Virus record (IMG/VR): IMGVR_UViG_3300044816_000066
Location: 2,155 to 66,154 of that record
Source of the DNA: a virus
Taxonomy: Duplodnaviria > Caudoviricetes
Length of the DNA stretch: 64,000 bases
Strand: one strand, 5' to 3'
Both the position numbers and the translations under genes were made by a program. How positions within the stretch are numbered: position 1 is the stretch's first letter; every line of letters begins with the position of its first letter. This document shows, piece after piece, positions 25,439-35,113 of the stretch. The notes beneath the pieces are model-generated. The model had not been told where the DNA came from. It ran no database searches and was given only the letters and a program-made list of their open reading frames with translations.

Positions 25439-26986
25439 ATGCCGTTCGAGTTCTCATCGTCGCTGGATGTAAAGAAGCTGGACAACCATCACCCGGAGTA
25501 CAAGCTTTTCAGTAAGACGTGGCGTGACTTGGGATTGCTCTATGCGGGCGGGGATCTGCTTAAAGACAAAGCGCCCGACTTCCTCGCGCGACGTCCTAAA
25601 GAGCCGCCAGACATTTGGGCTTCGCGTCAGGACGTGTTCGATTACACGAACCTAATTGGCAATATCTGTGGCTGGTACACAGCGGCTGCGTTCTCCAAGC
25701 CGATCGAGTTCATGTTCAAGTTGGCGAATGCGGCCAATGAAGAGGCGGCAATGAAGTTGCCGGCAGACGCTCAAGCATTCATTGATGATTGGCAAGCAGA
25801 TTGTAATGGCGCTGGTGTCGATCTCCCAACATTCTGGCAGCGCGTGTTTGAGCAAGTTCTGATTTACAAGCATTCGTATGTGTTGATCGACCTGCCCGAG
25901 CCCGGCTCCGCTGTGTATGCCTCCAAGATGGAGCAGCGCATAGCTGGCGCGCTGGATCCGGTTTTAATCAACTACGATCCCACTTGCATCAAAAATTGGG
26001 GAACGGACGATTACGGAAACTTGCAATGGTGCGTGCTGAAGGTGACCACGTTCGAGTCGAAGCCGCTCATGCCGAACATGGTGCGGGATTGCTGGTACAT
26101 CTACGAACCGACTCAGGTTTGGGCATTCGCGAACGAGTATGAAGCGGACATTACGACCGGACGCCAATCGGATGCAAAGGCGACCAAGGTCGAGGGATAT
26201 CCAAGGCCGCACGCACTGACATCGGTTGGACGTGTGCCCATCCGCAAGGTGTGCGTACCTGATGGGCTTTGGTTGGGCAACCGGATCATTCTCAAGCTGC
26301 GCAAGCACCTCAACATGGAGAATGCCCTAGATTGGCAACTCATCAATTCGTGCATGGCGCAGCTTGCAGTATTCGGCGACTACGATGAGAATCCGCAAAT
26401 CTCAGAAGTCGCGTGGCACCATTTCCCGAAGGGAACTGACGCAAGGTGGTTAGAGCCCGAAGGAAAGGCCTCGACCATCACCAGTGAGAGGCTGGCCAAG
26501 ATTGAGGAGAACATCTACAAGTCCTGTTACCTGATGGATCAGGCGCGCACCAATAAGTCCACGCCGAGCGCTCAGAGCGGCATCAGCAAGCAGATGGACA
26601 AGACGCCCTCGCGCGATGCCTTGCAGTCGTACATGGGAATCCTTGGGCCTGAGGCCCAGCGGGTAATCGATGATGTTCTGATCGTGCGGCAATTCGGGGA
26701 TCAGATCACGGCAGATGTCCGAATGCCTCAGTTTGTGGATCGGGATTCGACGGACACACTGGAAGAAGTGCAAATCCTGCAATCGATGAATATCCAATCG
26801 GATTCATTCGATAAGGAACTTCAGAAGCAGGCTATTCGGGTGGCATTACCGGAGGGGAATCCGGCCCTGATCGAATTGATCGAAAAAGAGATTGAAGCGG
26901 CTCCGACCAAATCGGAGATGGCAGCGCAGCAGGCGCAAGTACAGCAGTTGGCGTTCGAGCAGTCGTTCGCCAAAAACCTACAGTAG
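25439..26986 (+). CDS. Portal protein
   Basis: Position and size; HPEY...W...LYAGG, SAQSGISK motifs typical of DUF4055-like portals. Confidence 0.85.
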   Translation: MPFEFSSSLDVKKLDNHHPEYKLFSKTWRDLGLLYAGGDLLKDKAPDFLARRPKEPPDIWASRQDVFDYTNLIGNICGWYTAAAFSKPIEFMFKLANAANEEAAMKLPADAQAFIDDWQADCNGAGVDLPTFWQRVFEQVLIYKHSYVLIDLPEPGSAVYASKMEQRIAGALDPVLINYDPTCIKNWGTDDYGNLQWCVLKVTTFESKPLMPNMVRDCWYIYEPTQVWAFANEYEADITTGRQSDAKATKVEGYPRPHALTSVGRVPIRKVCVPDGLWLGNRIILKLRKHLNMENALDWQLINSCMAQLAVFGDYDENPQISEVAWHHFPKGTDARWLEPEGKASTITSERLAKIEENIYKSCYLMDQARTNKSTPSAQSGISKQMDKTPSRDALQSYMGILGPEAQRVIDDVLIVRQFGDQITADVRMPQFVDRDSTDTLEEVQILQSMNIQSDSFDKELQKQAIRVALPEGNPALIELIEKEIEAAPTKSEMAAQQAQVQQLAFEQSFAKNLQ

Positions 26987-26998
26987 GGAGAAATTTAA

Positions 26999-27187
26999 AT
27001 GACAATCGAAACCGAAGCAATCCTGTTTTTGTTGGATCAGGCATGCAAGCAATCCGAGCCGCTGATGGTCGAAAGAGCGGAAGTTCTGAAGAGTGAAATC
27101 AAGGCGGCCAATAAGCCGGTCCTGGTTCCAGTTGCTCCTGTTGGTCCAGCCGCGGTGCCGCCCGTGCCGCCGAAGGACGTCAAGTAA
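26999..27187 (+). CDS. Small hypothetical protein
   Basis: AGGGAG RBS. Confidence 0.55.
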   Translation: MTIETEAILFLLDQACKQSEPLMVERAEVLKSEIKAANKPVLVPVAPVGPAAVPPVPPKDVK

Positions 27188-27189
27188 AA

Positions 27190-27636
27190 ATGGCGCACGC
27201 TCACCTCACTCAAGTGCAAGTCAACGGCTTGCTAGGAGTGGCTGCTACGGTCAGCGCAACTGCGAAGACGATCACGGGGGCCGTTGCGCTTACCGGGCTG
27301 GTCAAGCTGACCGCTACCGCGCACGGCTATTCGACCGGGAACGTAGTCCTCAATACCGGCATCGTTGGCACAACCGAAGGTAACGGCCTTTTCTCGATCA
27401 CGGTGATAGATGCGAACAATTTCACCATTCCGGTCACGTTCGTCAATGCCTATACCTCGGGCGGGACGGCGCAGTTGGTCACATCGCAAGGGACGACAAT
27501 CTCTGGGTTGAGTACTTTGTCAGGCGGCCTAACGGCACAACTGACGAAGCGGCAACTGTACGAGTTGTACGATTTGTCTCAGCATATTCCTGATAGCGGA
27601 TTGCCTATCAGCGTCACGCTGGCGGTGGCTCCGTAG
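27190..27636 (+). CDS. Structural protein with E1-FCCH-like beta-barrel
   Basis: TAHGYSTG..V...GIVGTTEGNG.F.ITVIDANNFTI....AYTSGG. Confidence 0.7.
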   Translation: MAHAHLTQVQVNGLLGVAATVSATAKTITGAVALTGLVKLTATAHGYSTGNVVLNTGIVGTTEGNGLFSITVIDANNFTIPVTFVNAYTSGGTAQLVTSQGTTISGLSTLSGGLTAQLTKRQLYELYDLSQHIPDSGLPISVTLAVAP

Positions 27637-27660
27637 GGATTCCAAGAAAGGAAACGTAAC

Positions 27661-27810
27661 GTGATCCTTCTCCTCATTTTGTTGCTAATTCTGTTCGGTG
27701 GCGGTGGCGGATATTGGGGCTATCAGGCCTATGGCGCGCCGGGCGGGCTCGGGATCGTTCTGTTGGTTATCGTCCTGTTGTTCCTGTTCGGTCGAGGGCG
27801 TATTTTCTAG
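27661..27810 (+). CDS. DUF3309-like two-TM peptide (not in ORF track)
   Basis: MILLLILLLILFGGGGGYWGYQAYGAPGGLGIVLLVIVLLFLFGRGRIF; AAAGGA RBS. Confidence 0.7.
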   Translation: MILLLILLLILFGGGGGYWGYQAYGAPGGLGIVLLVIVLLFLFGRGRIF

Positions 27811-27951
27811 CAACTAGGGCGTAATGAAACGCAGAACGGAGGTGATCCGTTTAGCAGTGCAGTACCAAGCATCGCCGTGGATGCTCACCTAATCACGGGT
27901 AGAAGCAAATGGGCCGCGCCATCTCGCGGGGTAAGGAAATCCAAACAAAAC

Positions 27952-28662
27952 ATGAAACCATTCGGCATATTTGGTCGCGGCGTGCTCCGCGACCCAGACC
28001 CAGCACCGGGCGGGGGCGGCCCTCCTCCAGTAGCCTTCGACTCGGCCAAGTTCTTCGCCGATCTCGACACCAAACTGAACGGCTGGCAGAAGTCCACCGA
28101 CAAGGCAATCGAAAAGAGATTGGCGGATTGGAAGCCAGCCGGTCCTCCACCGAAAGCGGATGATCCTCCACCACCGCATTCTGATCCCAAGCCCGCGGAT
28201 GGCATTACGGATCCCGCACTTGCAGCGAAACTGGCAGCGCTCGAACGCACCAACAAGGAAATGCGACAGCAGATGGACGAGAATACCGCGTCCACGAAGC
28301 GGGAGCGTGAGGCCGCGCTGGAGATGGACCGAGTAGCACAGGTGCGCACTGCCCTGGCGAAGCATCCGCTAAACAATCCGGATCGTGCGCTTGCCATGTT
28401 CCTGCCGGACGTGAAGCGTGGCGAAGATGGCCAGCTTTATGGCGGCACCGGCAATATCCCGCTAGCCCAGTTCGTTGACGACACAGTGAAGGTCGAAGAC
28501 TGGATGCTTAAGCCGGTCAACGTCGGGGGAAGCGGCGCCCGTCCGAACCAAGGCGGGAATGGCGGCAACAAGATGGCCGATTTAGAATCTCTCAAGCCCG
28601 GTGCTAGCAAAGAAGATCTTGCTGCATACCGGGCATCGATATTAGGCGTCCTGCAAGGGTAG
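27952..28662 (+). CDS. Capsid scaffold protein
   Basis: Pro-rich N-terminus, coiled coil, GGSGA tail; directly before the MCP. Confidence 0.8.
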   Translation: MKPFGIFGRGVLRDPDPAPGGGGPPPVAFDSAKFFADLDTKLNGWQKSTDKAIEKRLADWKPAGPPPKADDPPPPHSDPKPADGITDPALAAKLAALERTNKEMRQQMDENTASTKREREAALEMDRVAQVRTALAKHPLNNPDRALAMFLPDVKRGEDGQLYGGTGNIPLAQFVDDTVKVEDWMLKPVNVGGSGARPNQGGNGGNKMADLESLKPGASKEDLAAYRASILGVLQG

Positions 28663-28730
28663 GACGCCAATTCCTGATACAGCGCTCCGGGATGGAGAGC
28701 GCATATTCCACACAGTAGGAGGCGTGCATC

Positions 28731-29639
28731 ATGCCCGCTATCACATCAGCAAATGTAGCTCAAGCAATCGTCAAGTTGGTAGCTGCGGACGCGCTTCCGG
28801 CGTTAGTCGGCCAGCTCGTAATGGGGAATCTGGTCAATCGTGACTACGAACCCGTTCTGGCGCAATCCGGCGATACGGTAAACATCCCGATCAGCCCGGT
28901 ACTGACCGCAAACAACATCGCGGAGGGCGGGACGGTAGCAACGCAGAATCCATCGCTCGGTAACGCGCAACTGGTCCTCAATCGTCACATCGAATCAACG
29001 TTCCAGATTCCCGACGTAACCCGCTGCCTAGCCGTCCCTGACCTGCTCATGACGTATATGAGCCCGGCCATGATCGCTCTTGCAGAGGCGATGGAAACCG
29101 ATCTCCTGAATCTCTATGCCGGGCTTACGGTTAATACCGCGGTCGGTGGCATCACGGCGATGGACGAAGCCCGCATCGATCTTGCCGATACTGAACTGGT
29201 CACCAGCAAGGTTCCGATGAACAACGAATGGAACTTAGTCCTAAGCCCCACGGCTTACGGGCAAGTCCGTCAAATCGGCCGATTCACCGAACTGCAAACC
29301 ATCGGCTCGGGACTCCGCGGCGTCAACTCCATTGAAAATGGCATGGTGATGATGGTGAAGGGTTTCCGCACCATGCGCTCGGTGTATGTGGCCAAACCGA
29401 GCACTACGACTTTCAATGTGGCGTTCCATCGCAATGCCTTCGGTATGGTGATGCGCCGCTTGCCCATCCCACTGCCGGGCACTGGCGCCATTGCCGAATA
29501 CGCCGAAATGGGCAACTTCGGGATGCGCATCACGATGAGCTACCAACCCAACGTGCTGGCTCAGCAGTTCACTGTCGACGTGCTCTATGGAACGGGCATT
29601 CTGCGCGCCTCTCATGGCGTCCAGGTGCAAAGCAACTAG
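28731..29639 (+). CDS. Major capsid protein (P22 coat-like family)
   Basis: GNLVNRDYE...GDTVNIP...NVAFHRNAF...DVLYG; AGGAGG RBS. Confidence 0.92.
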   Translation: MPAITSANVAQAIVKLVAADALPALVGQLVMGNLVNRDYEPVLAQSGDTVNIPISPVLTANNIAEGGTVATQNPSLGNAQLVLNRHIESTFQIPDVTRCLAVPDLLMTYMSPAMIALAEAMETDLLNLYAGLTVNTAVGGITAMDEARIDLADTELVTSKVPMNNEWNLVLSPTAYGQVRQIGRFTELQTIGSGLRGVNSIENGMVMMVKGFRTMRSVYVAKPSTTTFNVAFHRNAFGMVMRRLPIPLPGTGAIAEYAEMGNFGMRITMSYQPNVLAQQFTVDVLYGTGILRASHGVQVQSN

Positions 29640-29661
29640 CGTTTCCTCAAAGGTAAAATCC

Positions 29662-30012
29662 ATGTTCAAAGACACGAAAGATTACTGGAACCAGGTCCGT
29701 ACCATTGCCGAATCTCACCCTGGACCGATCTTCATTACCTCGCTTGATTCCGCGCGCATGACAAGCGAGGTTTACCCCGAGCGGGGAGCGCGCTTCATTG
29801 TCGAAGGGACGCATCGGCTTTCGACCGATGAAGACGTGGCCGCGTACAAGGCGGACGCCAAGGCGCGCGTGGATTCCTATCACGTCGCTGAGATGAATAA
29901 GAAGCAGGCAGTTCGGATCGAGATGGACACCCAAGGGATGATCCAAACCGCAGTCGCGGCGGGTATCGCGGCAGCAACGAAAGAAGCCGGCAGGCCCGGT
30001 AAAGGAGCGTAA
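29662..30012 (+). CDS. Post-capsid hypothetical protein
   Basis: Position after the MCP. Confidence 0.65.
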   Translation: MFKDTKDYWNQVRTIAESHPGPIFITSLDSARMTSEVYPERGARFIVEGTHRLSTDEDVAAYKADAKARVDSYHVAEMNKKQAVRIEMDTQGMIQTAVAAGIAAATKEAGRPGKGA

Positions 30013-30015
30013 AAA

Positions 30016-30378
30016 ATGGCTAGGACAAACATTACTACTGGTGAACAAACAGTCACCGCTACCGGGGCCATCACAGGGACTCTCGACACCTCCGGGTTGA
30101 GCGGGAATTACTACATTGCGCTGCGAGTGCGCGGGTTGGTAGGTGGATCGATCCAGATCGTTTTGGAAGATACCACCAATGCCACTCCATTCGCGACCTT
30201 ATCGCAGCCTTGGAGCTACACGTTTACAACGTCTAGCTCGATTGACGGAGTGGAAGCGGGTGTCAATTCGTACCTGATTCCATTGGCGTCGTTTGGGGTC
30301 GCTAATTCGAAGTTCCGATTCAACACGCAGAAGATCACGGCATCGACTTGCTTCGTATTGGGCGAACTGGTTCAGTAA
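30016..30378 (+). CDS. Putative head decoration/structural protein
   Basis: Thr/Gly beta-rich; AAGGAG RBS. Confidence 0.6.
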   Translation: MARTNITTGEQTVTATGAITGTLDTSGLSGNYYIALRVRGLVGGSIQIVLEDTTNATPFATLSQPWSYTFTTSSSIDGVEAGVNSYLIPLASFGVANSKFRFNTQKITASTCFVLGELVQ

Positions 30379-31371
30379 TTGGCTCTCTTTACCGATTCTG
30401 ATGTGGTAACCGTCGCGGATCTCAGCGCAATCGATGCTGAGATCGTGGCGGCTGCTGCAAGCGCCGCGCCCGGGTCGCCCATCGTCCTTTCTGGCGATGG
30501 GAGTATCATCCGGCAAGCATGGTCGGAAGTCGGAGTCATGATCCTAGAGGATCAGCAGCTTTATAACACCTACTACGGCTATCAGAGCACACCGGGCGGG
30601 GCCGCTTATGCGGTCTCAATCGTTGGAACGGCCGGCCGTTCGCAGGCCCGGTTGCGGCTCAATCAAATCGTTGTCGATTTCTCTTATGGCAATGTGATTT
30701 CGGCGATGAAGCAGTGGATCGCCTACTACGCACTGTACTTGTTTTACCGCGATGCTTCCGTCCGCAAGTCGGTAAAGAAAGAAGATCGGCTGAGCGACAA
30801 GCGCGACATGTTTGAGATCATGGCGAAGAAGCGCCGGTCGAACATCCGCAATATCGGGATCCCGTTCGTGGCCCAGATGATGGAGTGTCCTGGAGCGCTA
30901 CACGCCTTCAATCCGGGCACGTGGGGAGCGGCCAATCTTTCCAACGTCACGCTGGGATCGGCAACTCAGCAGATCGTCTTCGTGGCGATTACCTATATTG
31001 ACCGAAGTCTTTACGGCGGCCCTGGAATCCTCAACCTTAACGGGGAAAGCGGGCCGAGCGCCAAACTGCAATTCACCATCACGGCCAATTCAGTGCTTGG
31101 TGTGTCCATCGCTTCCCTGATTCCGCCTAACGGCGTGGATGATCCGGTTGGTACGGCCGATGGGCTCTGGGTGCCACTCAACGCAACGGGTTGGAATGTT
31201 TACGTAGGTGCGAGCGCTACAGTGATGTACCTCCAGAATGCGACACCGATCCCGATTGCGACCAAGACATATCAATTGGCGGCGGCTCCGGTTCTATCTG
31301 GAACGCTCTTGGGAACCGGGCAATTTAGCAACTTGAACTTGGTGTTTGCGCGAACGATCAACCGGATGTAG
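30379..31371 (+). CDS. Head-tail adaptor-like protein with beta-rich C-terminal domain
   Basis: Synteny; helical N-half; GESGPS and GWNVYVG motifs. Confidence 0.6.
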   Translation: MALFTDSDVVTVADLSAIDAEIVAAAASAAPGSPIVLSGDGSIIRQAWSEVGVMILEDQQLYNTYYGYQSTPGGAAYAVSIVGTAGRSQARLRLNQIVVDFSYGNVISAMKQWIAYYALYLFYRDASVRKSVKKEDRLSDKRDMFEIMAKKRRSNIRNIGIPFVAQMMECPGALHAFNPGTWGAANLSNVTLGSATQQIVFVAITYIDRSLYGGPGILNLNGESGPSAKLQFTITANSVLGVSIASLIPPNGVDDPVGTADGLWVPLNATGWNVYVGASATVMYLQNATPIPIATKTYQLAAAPVLSGTLLGTGQFSNLNLVFARTINRM

Positions 31372-31377
31372 CGCGCG

Positions 31378-32226
31378 ATGCCTTCCCTTGAGCAGATTCA
31401 TGCCGATCAGGACCGCGGCATAACCGCACTCGTCTCCGCATTCGAGCAGCACCTAAAGCAGATTGTCTCCCGCGCCGAAACGCGCGTGATTGCGATCCTG
31501 CAAGCGCGGCTGGCAACAGAAAATGGCTCTATCCTTCGCACTCCTGGTAATTCGCGTTTGCTTAGGCGTGTGGATGTTCTGTTCACGGATGCGCTGGACA
31601 AAGAGGGCTACCAACGGCTGGTCGACGCGTATGTGAATCAGTTCGCCGGTCAGATCCCGTTCTTTCAGGAGACACTTGCGGAACTGAGCCGGATCGCGGG
31701 GACGTCGCTAGGTCCGGTACGGTTCACCGGTGCGGATAAGGCTTCGTTCGCGGCCTACCAGTTGGACATTGCAAGCGCCATTCGATCGGCGGTAGAAGGT
31801 GCGGCGGGACGCGCAACCCAGCAAGCTCTATTCAATGTGGCTGGACTGAAGTTCGGCGCTCTGGTGGAGTTGCTGAAAGAGAAGCTGAATGTAAGCGTGG
31901 CGCAAGCAAAGACGTTGGCGGACACGGGAGTAACCAGTTTCATCAGGACGGTCAATGCGCGTGGCTATGAAATCGTTGAGGAAGCAAATCCGTCGTTCGA
32001 ATTTCGGTACAGATACTTCGGGCCGCTCGATAAGAAAAACCGCCCGTTTTGCAGACGCATGGAAGAAGGCTCAAAGGCGGGCGCGCAATTCACTCGGGCG
32101 GAGATTGACAAGATGGATAACGGGCTAAGTCCTGTCGGTACCGTATTCACGCTATGCGGTTTTTGGAACTGCCGGCATGTCTGGCTCTTGGTGCCAATCG
32201 CGCAATCCGCAACAAAGGCCGCCTAA
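31378..32226 (+). CDS. Minor head protein (MuF/SPP1 gp7-like)
   Basis: YFGPLDKKNRPFC...GFWNCRH.W. Confidence 0.75.
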   Translation: MPSLEQIHADQDRGITALVSAFEQHLKQIVSRAETRVIAILQARLATENGSILRTPGNSRLLRRVDVLFTDALDKEGYQRLVDAYVNQFAGQIPFFQETLAELSRIAGTSLGPVRFTGADKASFAAYQLDIASAIRSAVEGAAGRATQQALFNVAGLKFGALVELLKEKLNVSVAQAKTLADTGVTSFIRTVNARGYEIVEEANPSFEFRYRYFGPLDKKNRPFCRRMEEGSKAGAQFTRAEIDKMDNGLSPVGTVFTLCGFWNCRHVWLLVPIAQSATKAA

Positions 32227-32414
32227 TGGAAGACAACGCTCCAGTAATCATCTGTTTCCGGCGCGATAACGATTTGTGCATCGGCTTCAAGAATGTGGCA
32301 ATCGTTGAGGTAGAGGGAGCGCTGATGCCCATCGTTGCGATGACGCCCGAGACGGCTGCAACGTTGGCGGGCGTGCTGTTTGAGTACGCGGAGCACAAAA
32401 TCAAAACGAGCTAA
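32226..32414 (+). CDS. Small hypothetical protein
   Basis: TAATG coupling. Confidence 0.55.
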   Translation: MEDNAPVIICFRRDNDLCIGFKNVAIVEVEGALMPIVAMTPETAATLAGVLFEYAEHKIKTS

Positions 32415-32482
32415 GGTTGCTGGGATTCTTCTGGAGTATGCGGAGCAGTCTCAGATTTGATCGATTCGGGAGTTAGTTATAC

Positions 32483-33190
32483 ATGGACGCCATATTCCTT
32501 AAATGCAGGGCGTGCTTGACACTTAAGCCGTCCACGTTGTTTAAAAAGAGGAATGACAGGAAGTCTGGTGTATGCACGATTTGTAAGCAGTGCAGAAACG
32601 CAAGAGAGGGTAGATTACCAAAACAGAAGTTCGAACCCCTCATCGACGGACATAAGCGTTGCTGTAGTTGCAAAGAACAAAAGGCCCTCCACGAATTTCC
32701 GATAGATAGGTCCAACAAGGACGGCAGATTCGCATACTGCAGGCCCTGCGTTTCTTCGCGTTTCACGAAGACTGACTCTGCAAGAAAGAATGTGTCGGTT
32801 TGTGGCGCTCGTTATCGAGCAGCCAATCCAGAAAAAATAGCCCTTAAGGGGTGGCGACGGAGGAACGGCCCGGGTCGCGATGAACTACTTAAAAGGCAGC
32901 GCTCAAGTGAGCACAAGAGAAGAACACAAAGAACGCAGGCTGGCGGCTCATATTCTGTTGAGGAGTGGGAGTCTTTAGTAAAAAAGTTCAAGGGCCTATG
33001 TGTTCGCTGCGGAGAGAAAAAGCCCCTAACCGCTGATCACATAGTCCCAGTCTCGCGCGGCGGCTCCAGTCACATATCAAATATCCAACCACTCTGCAAG
33101 GCGTGTAATTGCAGTAAAGGCAACCGCATTTCATCCGATTACACCTTGATGCCGTTTACAGGAAAATTCCAATCTGTTCTTTTTGGTTGA
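32483..33190 (+). CDS. HNH endonuclease (CxxC repeats), copy 1
   Basis: CVRC..LTADHIVPVSRGG....NIQPLCKACN.SK; AT-richer than flanks. Confidence 0.9.
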   Translation: MDAIFLKCRACLTLKPSTLFKKRNDRKSGVCTICKQCRNAREGRLPKQKFEPLIDGHKRCCSCKEQKALHEFPIDRSNKDGRFAYCRPCVSSRFTKTDSARKNVSVCGARYRAANPEKIALKGWRRRNGPGRDELLKRQRSSEHKRRTQRTQAGGSYSVEEWESLVKKFKGLCVRCGEKKPLTADHIVPVSRGGSSHISNIQPLCKACNCSKGNRISSDYTLMPFTGKFQSVLFG

Positions 33191-33196
33191 TCTTAG

Positions 33197-33718
33197 ATGA
33201 ACGCTTCATTCACCACTTCCGCCGGGCGTGATCCCTTGACCGCTTGGATCGATCTCCGTCTTGCCGCTAACCCGACCGTCGCTGATGCACTGTACGCGGG
33301 CTCGATCTTCCACTACAACATCCGAACGCGCACCGAGCAAGGGGTGGACTACCAGAATCAACCGTTTATTCCCTATTCGAAAGCCTATGCGCGAGAGAAA
33401 TCTAAACGCCTTGGACATGCCGATACGGTAGACCTATTCGGCTTTCAATTGCATCCGCATATGCTCAATTCTATCGTGTTCAGTGGTGGCGGTATCCAAC
33501 AACCCTTGGACGGTGGAATCTCGATCGCGGGTACAGATCCCATCGATCATTTCGAGATCGGGTTTTACGGGGAAGAAGCAGTTCGCGCCGAGGCGATCAA
33601 CGAAGGTCGCCAGCCTCAACCCATTCGCCGATTCTTCGACGTAACGGCGGATGATGTGGCGCAAGCTGAGCGCGGTGTCGGGGAATTGATCGATGCGCGA
33701 TTGTCCTCCAAAATCTAA
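33197..33718 (+). CDS. Virion morphogenesis / neck protein
   Basis: IRTRTEQG.D....F.PYSKAY...K...VDL.G...MLNS...RRFF. Confidence 0.7.
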   Translation: MNASFTTSAGRDPLTAWIDLRLAANPTVADALYAGSIFHYNIRTRTEQGVDYQNQPFIPYSKAYAREKSKRLGHADTVDLFGFQLHPHMLNSIVFSGGGIQQPLDGGISIAGTDPIDHFEIGFYGEEAVRAEAINEGRQPQPIRRFFDVTADDVAQAERGVGELIDARLSSKI

Positions 33719-33843
33719 TGCCGAGGTTGCTCGGCTTTAAGGCTATGGTTGTGAACGGGCAGGCTGTCTACCTGTTTGCCTACATGCGGCTGGTTAACGC
33801 AATGGTGAGTGTCCCGTATTGCCTGAACTAAACCGGGAAGCAA

Positions 33844-34110
33844 ATGAAGTATCTCACCGATGTGACGTTCAAGCATAATTGCGAACTGGAGCAGTTTGCC
33901 GAATTGAGCGATGAGCAACTTGCAGCGATGATGCGGGACGCGCTGCACATGGCGATGAATGACCGCAACAGGCAAACGCGAATGGCTGAACATCTTGCTG
34001 CTGCTGAGAAGAGCTTCTCCAAACGTCAGTCGGCCAACGATAAGAACGCCTTGAAAGAGGCTGAGAAGCGATTCGCCAAGATCGACATTACGTGTTTTAT
34101 GCGCGACTAG
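33844..34110 (+). CDS. Hypothetical protein
   Basis: ORF with GGGA RBS. Confidence 0.55.
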   Translation: MKYLTDVTFKHNCELEQFAELSDEQLAAMMRDALHMAMNDRNRQTRMAEHLAAAEKSFSKRQSANDKNALKEAEKRFAKIDITCFMRD

Positions 34111-34113
34111 CCC

Positions 34114-34683
34114 ATGAGTTTCGTCGAAGTAATCCAGCCCGTCCAGCTATCCATCCTTGCGCGGCTCGCCGATGGAGCGCTAGGCTTCAATGCCAACTTC
34201 GCGGCTGCTGTGGCTACTGGGCATTACACCCTTCCGGCCGAAGCCACCGCAACGCCGATCACATGGACATTGACAGCAGGATCCAATGTTGCGTTCGGGC
34301 GCATCGATAATCCCGCCATTCTGACCGAGACGTCCAATTTCAATTACCCGTTCTTCACAGTGGAAGTAGTTACCGGGAGCGCTGCGGCTCCTCTCGGGCA
34401 GCGCATTCTTGCCTATCGGTTCAGTGGGCCGGTGCGGTGCAGTATCCAGGTGTTCCTGTCATGGGAAGCGCAACAATTCGTCGATTTCTCTAGTTGGGGA
34501 AACGCTGTCATCGATTCCCTGATTGCCACGATCAATACGCCTTTTACCAATCCGTGGGGCGTCGAGAACGGGGCGCAGTACGCGGGTGAAATGACATTCG
34601 CCAAATCGCCAATACGCCAAGGCGGGATGGGTTTCCTGATGGGAATCGACTTTGGTTTCAACATGCGGTTAAACGTTCAGTGA
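34114..34683 (+). CDS. Tail terminator/completion-like protein
   Basis: Synteny before the tail tube; YP motif. Confidence 0.55.
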   Translation: MSFVEVIQPVQLSILARLADGALGFNANFAAAVATGHYTLPAEATATPITWTLTAGSNVAFGRIDNPAILTETSNFNYPFFTVEVVTGSAAAPLGQRILAYRFSGPVRCSIQVFLSWEAQQFVDFSSWGNAVIDSLIATINTPFTNPWGVENGAQYAGEMTFAKSPIRQGGMGFLMGIDFGFNMRLNVQ

Positions 34684-34693
34684 GGTTTTTAAC

Positions 34694-35077
34694 ATGGCAA
34701 AATACGTATTTCTCGGGTTTGAATCCGTAGTGGGCACCGTCAAACTGACGCGCTTCGGACAGACCATCGAACTTCCCGAAGATGTGGCCGATCGGGAGAT
34801 TTTCAATAACGTTCCCATTCTGCCGGCTGCTAAGTTTGACGCCATTTTCAACACGGAAGAATTGAAGGCGGACTTGGTAAAGTTTCATGCGGCTCCGTTG
34901 CATGAACAGGCGTCGCCGGAGTTCCAAGCCAAGGTGCTGGCAGCCCGGATTGCGTTGCATGAATGGCGCGAATCCATCGTTAACCCGGTCGACAAGCCCG
35001 TGCCAACTCCGGTAGTGATCCAGCCGGAGCCTGTCGGCTTCGTTAAACCCCACGCCGCGTCCGAACCCGTCGAATAG
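34694..35077 (+). CDS. Hypothetical tail-region protein
   Basis: GAGGT RBS. Confidence 0.6.
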   Translation: MAKYVFLGFESVVGTVKLTRFGQTIELPEDVADREIFNNVPILPAAKFDAIFNTEELKADLVKFHAAPLHEQASPEFQAKVLAARIALHEWRESIVNPVDKPVPTPVVIQPEPVGFVKPHAASEPVE

Positions 35078-35113
35078 TTTGAGCAACCGGCCATTGGCCA
35101 AAGGAGAATTCCC

